Virus record (IMG/VR): IMGVR_UViG_3300028654_000009
Origin: a virus
DNA length: 64,000 nucleotides
Direction: 5' to 3' (one strand)
Each line of letters begins with the position of its first letter. The first letter of the stretch is position 1. The notes below the pieces were generated by a model. The model was given only the letters and a program-made list of their open reading frames with translations, was not told the origin of the DNA and did not search any database. The position numbers and the translations under genes are program-made. Shown piece by piece: positions 1 to 8,489 of this stretch.

Positions 1-612
1 ACCTTGCCGGTCCTCGTCATCTACATTACTAGAGTATCGATCTCGTTCAGCCGGGTTGTTTAGATGGTTCAGCATGATGGCTATCTTTTCCTCGTAGTGC
101 TGAGGATGAAACGGGTTTTCCCCATGAGAGGTGTGTTCGTTTCGCGCAAACGTGAACCGATCAGCGTAAGTCCTATCTTGCGGAGGAATAGACAAATACA
201 GGTCACGGGCGGCCAACGCACGCATCCGAGGTCCCCCTATCTTCTCTTGGAGCCGGTTCATCAGCATGTGGAAGTTCTCATGCTGGACAGTGGCGACTGG
301 AGCCTTTGGCTCAGGAGCAGCTCCTCTGCTAAATCTCTCTCGCATCTGGTCGCCCAGGGCATAGCTCAAACGCCGTTGGGTGCCGGGTTCGGAAGCCATA
401 GACATCCCGGGCTGCGGAGGCATGAACTCTTCAGCGGCCAAGCGCTGAAGGGACATCCCCTCTCTTTTATCCTTAGGTATTGTTGCAGCGGCGCCCACCA
501 GTTTAGTGGCTACCGAGCGAGCGTTGTCGACAATAGGGGTCTCCCTCCGGTCGTCCGGGACACCCAGCTTGGGGAAGACAGGCGGTGGAGTTACTTTTGA
601 GAGCTTAGCCAT
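1..612 (-). CDS. Putative internal head protein with zincin (HExxH) metallopeptidase-like domain, partial (runs off window start)
   Basis: Not in ORF track. Manual translation from ATG 612 (MAKLSKVTPPPVFPK...) is open to base 1 and contains ATVQHENFHMLM plus downstream YEEKIA (gluzincin-like). Overlaps the stop of the upstream gene. Confidence 0.7.
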   Translation of the reverse strand, partial: MAKLSKVTPPPVFPKLGVPDDRRETPIVDNARSVATKLVGAAATIPKDKREGMSLQRLAAEEFMPPQPGMSMASEPGTQRRLSYALGDQMRERFSRGAAPEPKAPVATVQHENFHMLMNRLQEKIGGPRMRALAARDLYLSIPPQDRTYADRFTFARNEHTSHGENPFHPQHYEEKIAIMLNHLNNPAERDRYSSNVDDEDRQG

Positions 613-1831
613 TTTGCTTACCAAACTTAGCCCTTACGGCCTTGAGCCAGTTGACGCCTGAGTGGGCAGAATTGACTCTTTGATCGATCCCACTGCCCGG
701 CACCACATTGCCGCGTTTATCGAACTTAGCTCCTCTATCAAACCTGTCAGCAAACGCTTTTGACGCTTCTTTGATAGAGTCCCCAGGGACCTCTCTGTCC
801 TCTCCTTGATTAGCGTGAGGTCTTTTGTCTTTGACTGCTCCCCACGAAGCTTCATTGTTCACCCATTCCTTAGGCGGTTCCTGTTTGTGCGGCAATACAA
901 CCGAGGTTCTAACCTGGGAACGGAATTTTGCCGGCCGAACACCTGCGCGCCTGTCGATCCTATTCTCTAAATGGTTGGCAACGTTCTCCTGTCTTTGTGT
1001 TTCGCGATGCTCGAAGTCCGGATTGGATCGGCTATTGTGTTTGGTCGGCCGTGCATGATCGGTAAGATATTGTTGATGTTGCTCCACAGTCTTATCACTA
1101 GGAGTCGTCATGGCATGTGCTGTTTCGTGGGCGACATCGAAATCGTTACTGTAAGGCAATTTGTTGCCACTAGCGCGAGGGAACCCCTTGGAAGCAGAAA
1201 AAGATTTACCGGCAGAGCGCACCGGTTGCAGGCCGATTGAACGAGCATACTGAACTCTTCTTCGATCGGCATCAACCGGCGTGATGTTCGAGGTCTGTTC
1301 CCGCACGTTCTTGGACTTCTCTAGGTCTTCTTCGGCCTTCTCCACTTTCTCGTGTTCTTTCAGCTTGGTCTTGAGGTTCTCCAGACCTTCCATGAACATC
1401 GCAATGCGGTCGTCCTCGGGGGACTTCTCTTCTTCGTCTTCTTTGGTATGGAACAAAGAGTCCGAAGGGTGAGCTTTGAAGTCATACACCTTCGGTCCCG
1501 AGGTCTTGATGCGATCGACGATGTCCTGGTGGGGCTTATCGAAGGGGTCGAATCCCAGATGCTTGGCTGCAGCTGCGTACGCTTCACCGTGTTGCTTGGC
1601 CGCATCGTTTTCGCCGGCAGCATGAGCAGCGCGGATGCCCTGCAGGTGGTGAGCGGCGACATCGAGAGCGCGGTCCTTGAGGTAATGTTCGTGGGCCTTG
1701 GCTTCCGCAAGGTCTTTGGGCATCTTGTGCCTGAGTTCGAGAATGGCAGCGTGCGCTTCCAGCTCGGGCTCGTGGTCTTTGCTGTGGATTGGATACTTGT
1801 CCAACCAGGCGTGGTGCGATTCTTTAGCCAT
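605..1831 (-). CDS. Putative internal head protein, C-terminal HExxH metallopeptidase-like domain
   Basis: Start re-called at ATG 1831 (TAATG coupling with upstream stop). Contains VAHETAHAM...QRQENVA, with VEKA/LEKS motifs before the C-terminal domain. Confidence 0.65.
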   Translation of the reverse strand: MAKESHHAWLDKYPIHSKDHEPELEAHAAILELRHKMPKDLAEAKAHEHYLKDRALDVAAHHLQGIRAAHAAGENDAAKQHGEAYAAAAKHLGFDPFDKPHQDIVDRIKTSGPKVYDFKAHPSDSLFHTKEDEEEKSPEDDRIAMFMEGLENLKTKLKEHEKVEKAEEDLEKSKNVREQTSNITPVDADRRRVQYARSIGLQPVRSAGKSFSASKGFPRASGNKLPYSNDFDVAHETAHAMTTPSDKTVEQHQQYLTDHARPTKHNSRSNPDFEHRETQRQENVANHLENRIDRRAGVRPAKFRSQVRTSVVLPHKQEPPKEWVNNEASWGAVKDKRPHANQGEDREVPGDSIKEASKAFADRFDRGAKFDKRGNVVPGSGIDQRVNSAHSGVNWLKAVRAKFGKQNG

Positions 1832-2580
1832 TAGGAAGCCTTCCCCACATTCTTGAGCAGGACATAGACATCCTCCGGCGACCACTGCAATTCCAGAGCG
1901 AACCCTCCGTCGACCTTCGTCGCCTTCACTAATTTGGACAGGTCGGCCAGGCACGCGCACCCCGTAAACTCTGACTTCTGCACCTGGGACTTCCCACAGG
2001 TGGGACAGGCCTTCGATGCTTCCTTCTCTGAAAGCTTCAGCTTGGTCTTTTCAGGAGCTGCTGGTGGTTTCACGCTTGGGAGCTTGGGCGTCTTGGCTGC
2101 TGGCTTTGCGCTGGCCCCCGGGCCTGCCTTAGGCGCAATATTAGTAGCCGGCGTAGCGGCTGTCGCCGGGATCGCTCCAGCCGACACACCGGTCCCTGCC
2201 GCGCCGGCTTTCGTCTGGGCCTTCACTAGGGCAGCGAGCGTAAGCCCCAGCTTGTGAAGGGGCCCTGCCCCACCGGCAAGAGAAATAGCGGGCCCCTGAA
2301 GAGCCTTGCAAATGACGGCGACCGAATGTGCTTCGTCAGCGTTTGAAAACACGTAATCGACTTCATTGATATTGGCCACACCGCTGAAGCCTTCTTCCGA
2401 CTTTGAAATCACGAACTGCGTACAAGAATACTCCTGGCCCTGTCGCAAGGTCCGCAGAAACGAGGACGCGCTCTTTGCCAGAACAAAACCACCCACCTCG
2501 GACTCGGACTTTAGCAAAGGCTCAATGGCCTTCAGGCCTGAAGGGCCGAGAATTTCTAGCAAAAAGGTGCGCATGTTCAT
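1831..2580 (-). CDS. Hypothetical late/virion protein with Ala/Pro/Lys linker and C-terminal Cys cluster
   Basis: 249 aa. Multiple LLKS/LAKS/ISKS/LVKA motifs, CPTC...CAC, AATCT motif just upstream. Confidence 0.6.
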   Translation of the reverse strand: MNMRTFLLEILGPSGLKAIEPLLKSESEVGGFVLAKSASSFLRTLRQGQEYSCTQFVISKSEEGFSGVANINEVDYVFSNADEAHSVAVICKALQGPAISLAGGAGPLHKLGLTLAALVKAQTKAGAAGTGVSAGAIPATAATPATNIAPKAGPGASAKPAAKTPKLPSVKPPAAPEKTKLKLSEKEASKACPTCGKSQVQKSEFTGCACLADLSKLVKATKVDGGFALELQWSPEDVYVLLKNVGKAS

Positions 2581-2588
2581 AAAGATTG

Positions 2589-3449
2589 TTACCTTGGCCC
2601 AAATCCATCTTCTGCTGGTTGAGGTGCCGACCGCTTTTCGTCATTCTGGGTATTCAAGAACACGTACTCTCTCAAAACTCGAATGGCCTGTGGCATGCGC
2701 ACCGTCTTCCGCTCGCCCGTGAACGGGTCTTCCCACTGTGCCATCCTGATCTCGTGTTGCATCGAATCCACATACCAATACGGCCTGTACGTAAACCGAA
2801 TTCCGTACACCGAACCCTTCCCCGTTGTGGGGTCAACCATCGGACGCCGGGTCCCGCACCAATGCACGACTCCGTTGCGAACGTCGAAATCTGCGGCTTC
2901 GTTGTACCTGTTCCCGCGCGAGTCGACCAGGTCCAACACCTTGATGGCAGGGAACTGCAATCGGTCTTCGCCGGTCTGGTTCGCGTTGACCAGCTGCTGG
3001 TGCGTCACACACACAGACTCCTCTTTCAGAAAGAGGCGGTCCATCGGATTGAGATAAATCGGTTCCTGGGTCCCGTCATAGTGCCTCGGGAAAGTGATTT
3101 GGGCAGAAGCGTCGTTCATCTGTCCGTCTTCTGCGGACTTCTTGGACTTCGAATTGCCCGTAAAACATCCCGTAATCGCCCCCGCGCAGGTGTAGAGCAA
3201 GCCGTTCGACGAATCGGAGTTGTCGTCTTCGGGCCGACGCGAATCGAACTTGTCTACCAGCCCAACGGGGTTGGGCATGCCACGGTAATGCATAAATGTG
3301 AGACCGTGAGCCCTCAATGCCTCATCGAAGGCATCCAGGTCCCAAGCGATGGAAGAGTTGTCGAGGATATCGAAGGACTTTATCTCGCCACCCTGTAGGT
3401 TGCCCGAGGTGCCCGAGGGCTGTAAATTGCCGCCCTTCTTACCGGCCAC
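2589..3449 (-). CDS. Putative head-closure/neck structural protein
   Basis: 286 aa in the late operon. General resemblance (FDEALRAHG...YWYVDSMQHEIR) to neck proteins of SPO1/Twort-like myoviruses, judged by eye. Confidence 0.5.
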   Translation of the reverse strand: MAGKKGGNLQPSGTSGNLQGGEIKSFDILDNSSIAWDLDAFDEALRAHGLTFMHYRGMPNPVGLVDKFDSRRPEDDNSDSSNGLLYTCAGAITGCFTGNSKSKKSAEDGQMNDASAQITFPRHYDGTQEPIYLNPMDRLFLKEESVCVTHQQLVNANQTGEDRLQFPAIKVLDLVDSRGNRYNEAADFDVRNGVVHWCGTRRPMVDPTTGKGSVYGIRFTYRPYWYVDSMQHEIRMAQWEDPFTGERKTVRMPQAIRVLREYVFLNTQNDEKRSAPQPAEDGFGPR

Positions 3450-3750
3450 GTTGGGCCTCCTGGATTTGGCGGGTCAGCTCTTGATACTCGGGCAACAGGT
3501 CCTGGAAAAACTTCGGGTCGAACGATTCCGATTTTTGCACGTCAAAAACGATGTCTGGGTCAGCCTGCTCGGCCATGTACCGGCTCATCCCCGAGTGCGA
3601 GCTGGCGGCCAGGGTCTCGAAACCCGAAGACTTCGCCACCACCACCAGGTGGAGGCCTCCCTGCAGGGCAATCGCAATTACGGGGCGGCCCGAGGTCGTA
3701 TGTCCAATTTGCTTACGAGAAGAAATCTGATTCTGCGGGATTCTCACCAT
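3439..3750 (-). CDS. Hypothetical late protein
   Basis: 103 aa, overlaps downstream gene, preceded by TAATCT motif. Confidence 0.6.
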   Translation of the reverse strand: MVRIPQNQISSRKQIGHTTSGRPVIAIALQGGLHLVVVAKSSGFETLAASSHSGMSRYMAEQADPDIVFDVQKSESFDPKFFQDLLPEYQELTRQIQEAQRGR

Positions 3751-3763
3751 GGAAGATTAACAC

Positions 3764-3791
3764 TTGACAGGGTTTGATAGTCTGGTATCGT
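3764..3791 (+). promoter_or_regulatory. Sigma70-type promoter TTGACA-N16-TATCGT (extended TG)
   Basis: Consensus match, back-to-back with the late motif of the divergent gene. Confidence 0.6.
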
Positions 3792-3865
3792 TTCTTTACT
3801 CCTTCGGAGGTGAACGGCGACAGCGCGCTACTTCTGTACAGTGCGTCAGCGTCAAAAGAATCTTG

Positions 3866-3904
3866 AAAATAGTTTTTGACAACTCTCAAAAGAGGCCCTA
3901 TTGT
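3866..3904 (+). promoter_or_regulatory. Early promoter repeat copy 1 (TTGACA-N17-TATTGT), leaderless
   Basis: 26-bp AAAATAGTTTTTGACAACTCTCAAAA is identical at 3866, 5076 and 6421. ATG lies 7 nt after the -10. Confidence 0.85.
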
Positions 3905-3911
3905 TATTTTC

Positions 3912-4583
3912 ATGACGAAGACAAACAAGACCATCGGGACCTGCCAAGAGTGCTTCCGGGCTTACTGCCTCAACGGTGCGCTGCTCGTCAACCACGGCTT
4001 CAAGCGCCCTGGCGACGGCTACCTTTTGGGCCGCTGCGGTGGAGTGGACCAGGAGGCCTTCGAGCTGAGCTGCGAGCACACCAAGAAGATTGCCCAGCAC
4101 GTCAAGGACGTCGAGCTTCCTCGACTCCATGCAAAGCAGCTGACCATCCAGGAGGCCACCAGCTTCACGGTCGAGGCCAAGAAGTGGACCGGCAAGGGCA
4201 AGACCGGCTACGAGCCTATTACTGTGGTCCTGACCGTCGAGAACAAGTACGACCGCGCCACGGGCAAGGACTTCGACAGCCACAAGCGGTCCGCGCTGTT
4301 TCAGATCGAGCAACAGATCGCCTGCACCAAGAGCTACCTCAAGGACCTGGAGAAGTCCATCGCAGGCTGGGTTTACTCTCCTGAGAAGATCAAGGTCGAG
4401 AAGAAGGTTGTGAAGGCCCCTACTCTCCACGAGCGCCGCAAGCAGGGGTATGGGGCCCTCTGCCTCTCTCAGCGCAAGGGCCTCTGCTACGCGGCCCCTG
4501 GCGTGCAGCCGACCTGCCCGAAGTGCCTGCAGCTCAAGGCCAAATGGGCCCTGATCGCGGCGCAGCTGGGCACCGAAAAATAA
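3912..4583 (+). CDS. Early hypothetical protein with Cys/His zinc-binding motifs
   Basis: Start re-called to ATG 3912. CQEC...HG...C and LC...CPKC motifs. Confidence 0.75.
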   Translation: MTKTNKTIGTCQECFRAYCLNGALLVNHGFKRPGDGYLLGRCGGVDQEAFELSCEHTKKIAQHVKDVELPRLHAKQLTIQEATSFTVEAKKWTGKGKTGYEPITVVLTVENKYDRATGKDFDSHKRSALFQIEQQIACTKSYLKDLEKSIAGWVYSPEKIKVEKKVVKAPTLHERRKQGYGALCLSQRKGLCYAAPGVQPTCPKCLQLKAKWALIAAQLGTEK

Positions 4584-4597
4584 ACTATCAAAAGTTC

Positions 4598-4625
4598 TTG
4601 ACGGTATCGGGGACTCTGGTAGAGT
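4598..4625 (+). promoter_or_regulatory. Early promoter TTGACG-N16-TAGAGT (extended TG)
   Basis: Consensus match upstream of an AGGAG RBS and ATG 4668. Confidence 0.7.
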
Positions 4626-4667
4626 AATTCTTGTCCCGAACGAAACCCCTCTTCCAAGGAGCCCACC

Positions 4668-4838
4668 ATGAAGCCCGGACAGAAATTCGACTACTACGGA
4701 CAAATCGTCGAAATCGCCTCCGCCCCCCGCTGGGTGACCGGCGGCCAGGTCGTCGATGTCAAGTGGACACGCGACGGGAACGCATACTCGGGTACCGTCT
4801 GCGCCCGGGAGCTGCGGGCTATCAAGGAGGCGCTCTAG
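4668..4838 (+). CDS. Small early hypothetical protein (56 aa)
   Basis: Below ORF-track cutoff. MKPGQKFDYYGQIVEI...IKEAL*, with promoter and AGGAG RBS. Confidence 0.75.
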   Translation: MKPGQKFDYYGQIVEIASAPRWVTGGQVVDVKWTRDGNAYSGTVCARELRAIKEAL

Positions 4839-4841
4839 GCC

Positions 4842-5066
4842 ATGACCCAGAAGGAAATGCACTCGGCGCTTTGGGTGGCCCCAATCGGGTCTTACATCGT
4901 CGCCGAATGTGTCATAGGCGCGGCTCACGTCACCATGACTTTCGAGGGCTTCAAACAGAGCTACAAGGACGGAGTCCTGGAGCTTTACGACAGCCGGGCA
5001 AAAGCGAATTATCGGCTGAAACTCGAACATTTGCACGCTCTTCTGGTGGACGATTTCGTAGCTTGA
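4842..5066 (+). CDS. Small early hypothetical protein
   Basis: 74 aa, AAGGAGG upstream. Confidence 0.7.
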   Translation: MTQKEMHSALWVAPIGSYIVAECVIGAAHVTMTFEGFKQSYKDGVLELYDSRAKANYRLKLEHLHALLVDDFVA

Positions 5067-5075
5067 AGAATCTCA

Positions 5076-5113
5076 AAAATAGTTTTTGACAACTCTCAAA
5101 ATCGGAGTATCTT
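5076..5113 (+). promoter_or_regulatory. Early promoter repeat copy 2 (TTGACA-N16-TATCTT), leaderless
   Basis: Repeat copy. ATG 5120 is 6 nt after the -10, with no SD. Confidence 0.85.
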
Positions 5114-5119
5114 GAAGTC

Positions 5120-6427
5120 ATGGAAAACACGGCGCTGCTCACCTTCGAGATTCAGACGGGCGATTTCCGGGCCTTCACCTTCGAGTTTGCTAAGCTGGCC
5201 AAGAAGGCCGCCAAGCTCGGTGTCGCTGCCCCCACCTTCACCATCCTGAACGATGAGAAGGTCTATCCTGCGGAGTACGCCCAGTCCGGCCAGCTGATCC
5301 GCCCGGGTCGGGTGGTCAAGGTCATCGAGGTCTCAGGCCAGGCCCCGAAGATCGCCGGCTGGAACTTCATCGCCACCCTGCAGCACGAGGAGGCCGGCAA
5401 CATCGTCCGCCGCGTCCCCAACACCGAGAAGTTCGCGGTGGGCTTCGACCTTCGGTCTGCCAAGCCTTTCTGCAATCACTGCAACACCCTGCGCCGCCGG
5501 AACGACACCTACGTGGTGGCCAATGACGAAGGCCGCACCCTGCAGGTCGGCCGCAACTGCTTGAAGGATTTCACCGGCCACGATTCGCCGGAGGCCATTG
5601 CCCGCTGGGCTGAGCTGCTGAGCGCTTTCGAGGAATCTCACCGTGACGGTGGAGAGGGCGGTTTGGGGGGCTCTGGAGAGAACCACTCGGACCTGGTGTC
5701 CTACCTCGCTTACACTGTCCTGTTCATCCGTGAGATCGGCTGGATGAGCCGGACCAAGGCCCGCGAGTTCGGCAACGTCACTGCAACGGCCGATTCTGCC
5801 TGGAGCCACCGCTTCCCCTCCGACAAGCTGCGCCGCGACTACAGCAATGCCGGCCTCCCCTTCCCCACCCCGACGGACGCGGACGTCGAGAAGGCCAAGA
5901 AGTCCATCGAGGTGGCCGAGTCTTTCTTCGAGTCCGAGGAGGCCGCCGGGCGGGTGCTGGAGGATTACACGCACAACCTCCGGATCGTCATCGAGTGCAA
6001 CAGCGTGTCGTTCCGCTCGGCCGGCCTGGCCGCTTCCGTCGTCGCTTTCGCGGATCGCCAGCTGGGGATCGCGGTCGAGCGCAAGCAGGCTGCAGAGTCG
6101 CAGCATGTCGGCGAGATCGGGAAGCGCGAGACCTTCCTGCTGACGGTCAGCCGCATCACGGACATCGACGGCAACTACGGCACCACCCACCTCCACATCT
6201 TCAAGGACGAGAAGGGCAACGTTTTCAAGTGGTTCGCCTCGAATGAGCGGCTGGACGTGGGTGTCGCCTACCGGGTCAAGGGAACCGTCAAGGCGCACGA
6301 GGATTACAAAAATACCCGCCAAACGGTTCTGTCTAGGTGCTCCATCAATGAGCCTGAGAAGGCTCCGAAGGTCAAGAAGCCCCGCAAGGCGAAGGGCGAG
6401 GTCGTTTCGGAGGATTCCTCAAAATAG
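5120..6427 (+). CDS. Early phage protein with Zn motif and C-terminal OB-fold-like domain
   Basis: CNHC...QVGRNC. The C-terminal HVGEIGKR...KGTVKAH...QTVLSRC pattern is typical of OB-fold tails in phage proteins. Confidence 0.65.
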   Translation: MENTALLTFEIQTGDFRAFTFEFAKLAKKAAKLGVAAPTFTILNDEKVYPAEYAQSGQLIRPGRVVKVIEVSGQAPKIAGWNFIATLQHEEAGNIVRRVPNTEKFAVGFDLRSAKPFCNHCNTLRRRNDTYVVANDEGRTLQVGRNCLKDFTGHDSPEAIARWAELLSAFEESHRDGGEGGLGGSGENHSDLVSYLAYTVLFIREIGWMSRTKAREFGNVTATADSAWSHRFPSDKLRRDYSNAGLPFPTPTDADVEKAKKSIEVAESFFESEEAAGRVLEDYTHNLRIVIECNSVSFRSAGLAASVVAFADRQLGIAVERKQAAESQHVGEIGKRETFLLTVSRITDIDGNYGTTHLHIFKDEKGNVFKWFASNERLDVGVAYRVKGTVKAHEDYKNTRQTVLSRCSINEPEKAPKVKKPRKAKGEVVSEDSSK

Positions 6428-6458
6428 TTTTTGACAACTCTCAAAATCGGAGTACAGT
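6421..6458 (+). promoter_or_regulatory. Early promoter repeat copy 3 (TTGACA-N16-TACAGT), leaderless
   Basis: 34-bp identity with copy 2. ATG 6465 is 6 nt after the -10. Confidence 0.85.
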
Positions 6459-6464
6459 AAGCAC

Positions 6465-6707
6465 ATGTCAAACATCAATCCTTACGGCGTCGATTTCCAG
6501 GCCTTCACCGAGCGCCAGGCCGTTAGCTGGGCCTGCGGCACAATTCAGAAGTTCGCCCCATGGTTTCGGGTCGAGTCCGTCGAAGGCGGATGGACCCTCT
6601 TCTGGATCGGTCATGACCACGATCAGTGGGACGGGGGCGTGCTGGACCTCGCCGGCCTCGTCAAGGTCGCAAAGTCAATCATTGACGCCTGGAACAGCGT
6701 CAGCTAA
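6465..6707 (+). CDS. Small early hypothetical protein
   Basis: 80 aa, directly after the promoter. Confidence 0.75.
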   Translation: MSNINPYGVDFQAFTERQAVSWACGTIQKFAPWFRVESVEGGWTLFWIGHDHDQWDGGVLDLAGLVKVAKSIIDAWNSVS

Positions 6708-6730
6708 CCTCGTCCCCAAGGAGAACCCCC

Positions 6731-6970
6731 ATGAAGAAGCCCATGAAGAAGCCGCGCAAAATCACGACCTTTGAGGCAGAACTGATCGAAAAGGTGGAAC
6801 AAGCCGAAGAGCGCCTCGTGGGCGCCTCCAAAAGGTTTTCTGACGCTGTCGCGTTTGGTGGGGACGTTGACCGTCTCCGGGCACGGCTCGACGTCGCCCT
6901 GGCCGAATTCGAGAAGCTGTCCAGTTGCCTCGACGGTATCTTCCCCCTCGAACCGGGGGAGGTCCGCTAA
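6731..6970 (+). CDS. Small coiled-coil hypothetical protein
   Basis: 79 aa, AAGGAG RBS. Confidence 0.7.
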   Translation: MKKPMKKPRKITTFEAELIEKVEQAEERLVGASKRFSDAVAFGGDVDRLRARLDVALAEFEKLSSCLDGIFPLEPGEVR

Positions 6971-8289
6971 ACCACCCAGAGCTGGTTGATTGCACTGTCG
7001 GCGGCCGTGAACCCCATAGCCGCCTTCAGTGCGTCCAGGCGCTTTACGCACGCGCGGGGGTCAATCCCGAACCTCGACAGCGACTTATACAGCGCCTCCG
7101 TATCGAGCCCCTTGACCCACGTGGACAGCTCGACCTCAACCTGGTGGTTCACCCGGGGCATCGACTTAAGCTTCGCGTCAGGCGTGAAGTCCTTGAATTC
7201 AGCCGGGGCAAGAGCCCTGAGGTAGTACGGCGTAAACGAGCTTTTGTCGTGCGCCGGGTCGAAATTCTCGCCGGCAAAAGCCGAACCGTGGTCAATCAGC
7301 TTGACGTCGGCGCCCCGAAACATCGTGTTGCCGGCGTTGCTGTCAGCGTTCCCGAGGATGTAATCGACCGCCGCCCACTTATGAAGCGTGCCGTCATGGC
7401 GGTAAATCTGGAGGGCCTTCCTGGCAGCGTTCGGGTCCTGGGTTTTTAGCTTGTTGCCATCGACATAGTCGCCCGACAGCATTTTCTGGACCGCGTATTC
7501 GCGCCCGTCGATCATCAGCAGGTAGCACTCGGGGTAGTAGGCGCCAAGTCCCCAGGAGGCCACCACGTCGTAAAAAGCCGCTTCCCGGCGAGACTGGGTC
7601 GCCGAGGTGTCGCTCTCGCCGGCAGCCGGATTCTGGCGCCCCGACCCAGGCTTGAGCAGGTAGCGCCCGTGGTTTTCTTTGTCGTAAGCCACCAGGGTGC
7701 CCTTCGAGTGCTTCCCGCCGAGCTTGATGGGGGTTATCTCGTCCTCGGACGATGCCTGCGCTACGAGCTTGGCGAACTTGACGCCGCCCTCCGTCATTGC
7801 GGCCACGTCCTTGAATTTGACGGGCTCGGGGTCTTCCGACTTCTTCAGCCCAGAGAGCCGGAGGTAGTCTGCAAGGCCCTGGCGGGTTTCATCGCTGGGC
7901 TCCAGGCCGCAGGCCATGAGCGCAGCGTCCACCGGGTCGTCGTCGCAGTGGACCCTGGCGGCCCGGACCTCATCGGGTGAGGGGGTAACCCCCGAAAGGA
8001 ACGAAGCGGCCCGCAGGCAGTCAGCCAGGTTGGTTTCCTGGCCATGTAGCGCGTCCTCTAGGTTGCGCGGTGGAGTCACCTCGATGTCGCCAGAGGGCTC
8101 GTTCTCGACCCAAGCGGAATAAGCCTGGGCCTGGTCGAGGCCAGGCACCAGGACACTCACAGGCGCGTGCTGGCCGTACTTCCTTGTCAGCCAATGGTAA
8201 GCATGCAGGAGCTGTTCACGGACCTCGTCCTCGTCACCCTCGTAAGCGTGGGTGCAGTCCTGATAGTGCTGCTGGACGATGACTCGCAT
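6967..8289 (-). CDS. Putative head protein with C-terminal PI3/4-kinase-like (HipA/CtkA-like) kinase domain
   Basis: Start re-called to ATG 8289 (TAATG). YLLKPG, RREAAFY, DYILGNADSNAGN and LIDHGSAF motifs; LKKS precedes the kinase. Confidence 0.75.
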   Translation of the reverse strand: MRVIVQQHYQDCTHAYEGDEDEVREQLLHAYHWLTRKYGQHAPVSVLVPGLDQAQAYSAWVENEPSGDIEVTPPRNLEDALHGQETNLADCLRAASFLSGVTPSPDEVRAARVHCDDDPVDAALMACGLEPSDETRQGLADYLRLSGLKKSEDPEPVKFKDVAAMTEGGVKFAKLVAQASSEDEITPIKLGGKHSKGTLVAYDKENHGRYLLKPGSGRQNPAAGESDTSATQSRREAAFYDVVASWGLGAYYPECYLLMIDGREYAVQKMLSGDYVDGNKLKTQDPNAARKALQIYRHDGTLHKWAAVDYILGNADSNAGNTMFRGADVKLIDHGSAFAGENFDPAHDKSSFTPYYLRALAPAEFKDFTPDAKLKSMPRVNHQVEVELSTWVKGLDTEALYKSLSRFGIDPRACVKRLDALKAAMGFTAADSAINQLWVV

Positions 8290-8489
8290 TACTCGACCTC
8301 GACCGCCAGGTCCTGTGCGGTATGGATGCGTCGCAGCACGTCTTGGATGGAGGTGGGGTTGTGGCCGGCATTGCGCGGGTGTGTCATCGCCCAAGGAAAC
8401 TCCAAAAGAAGCTGGGCGACGATCTGCTCGGGCTCCCCCCGGAAGGTTTCGACTTCCTGAGACCAAATATTTGTAATCTTGACCGTCAT
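8289..8489 (-). CDS. Small protein paralogous to the N-terminal domain of the downstream kinase
   Basis: 66 aa, coupled on both sides. GEPEQIVAQLLLEFPW vs GDEDEVREQLLHAYHW. Confidence 0.7.
   Translation of the reverse strand: MTVKITNIWSQEVETFRGEPEQIVAQLLLEFPWAMTHPRNAGHNPTSIQDVLRRIHTAQDLAVEVE

Noticed and set aside
64-600. 178-aa plus-strand ORF
   Set aside because: Shadow of the minus-strand HExxH gene (1-612), which fits the operon and carries motifs.
3852-5036. 394-aa minus-strand ORF and similar long antisense ORFs (5333-6322, 34740-35810, 41469-42512, 50393-51544, 62733-63941)
   Set aside because: Antisense shadows of motif-bearing genes, expected in GC3-biased DNA.
3866-6454. 26-34-bp direct repeats as a CRISPR array
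   Set aside because: Spacing exceeds 1 kb with genes in between; the repeats are promoters and no cas genes are present.
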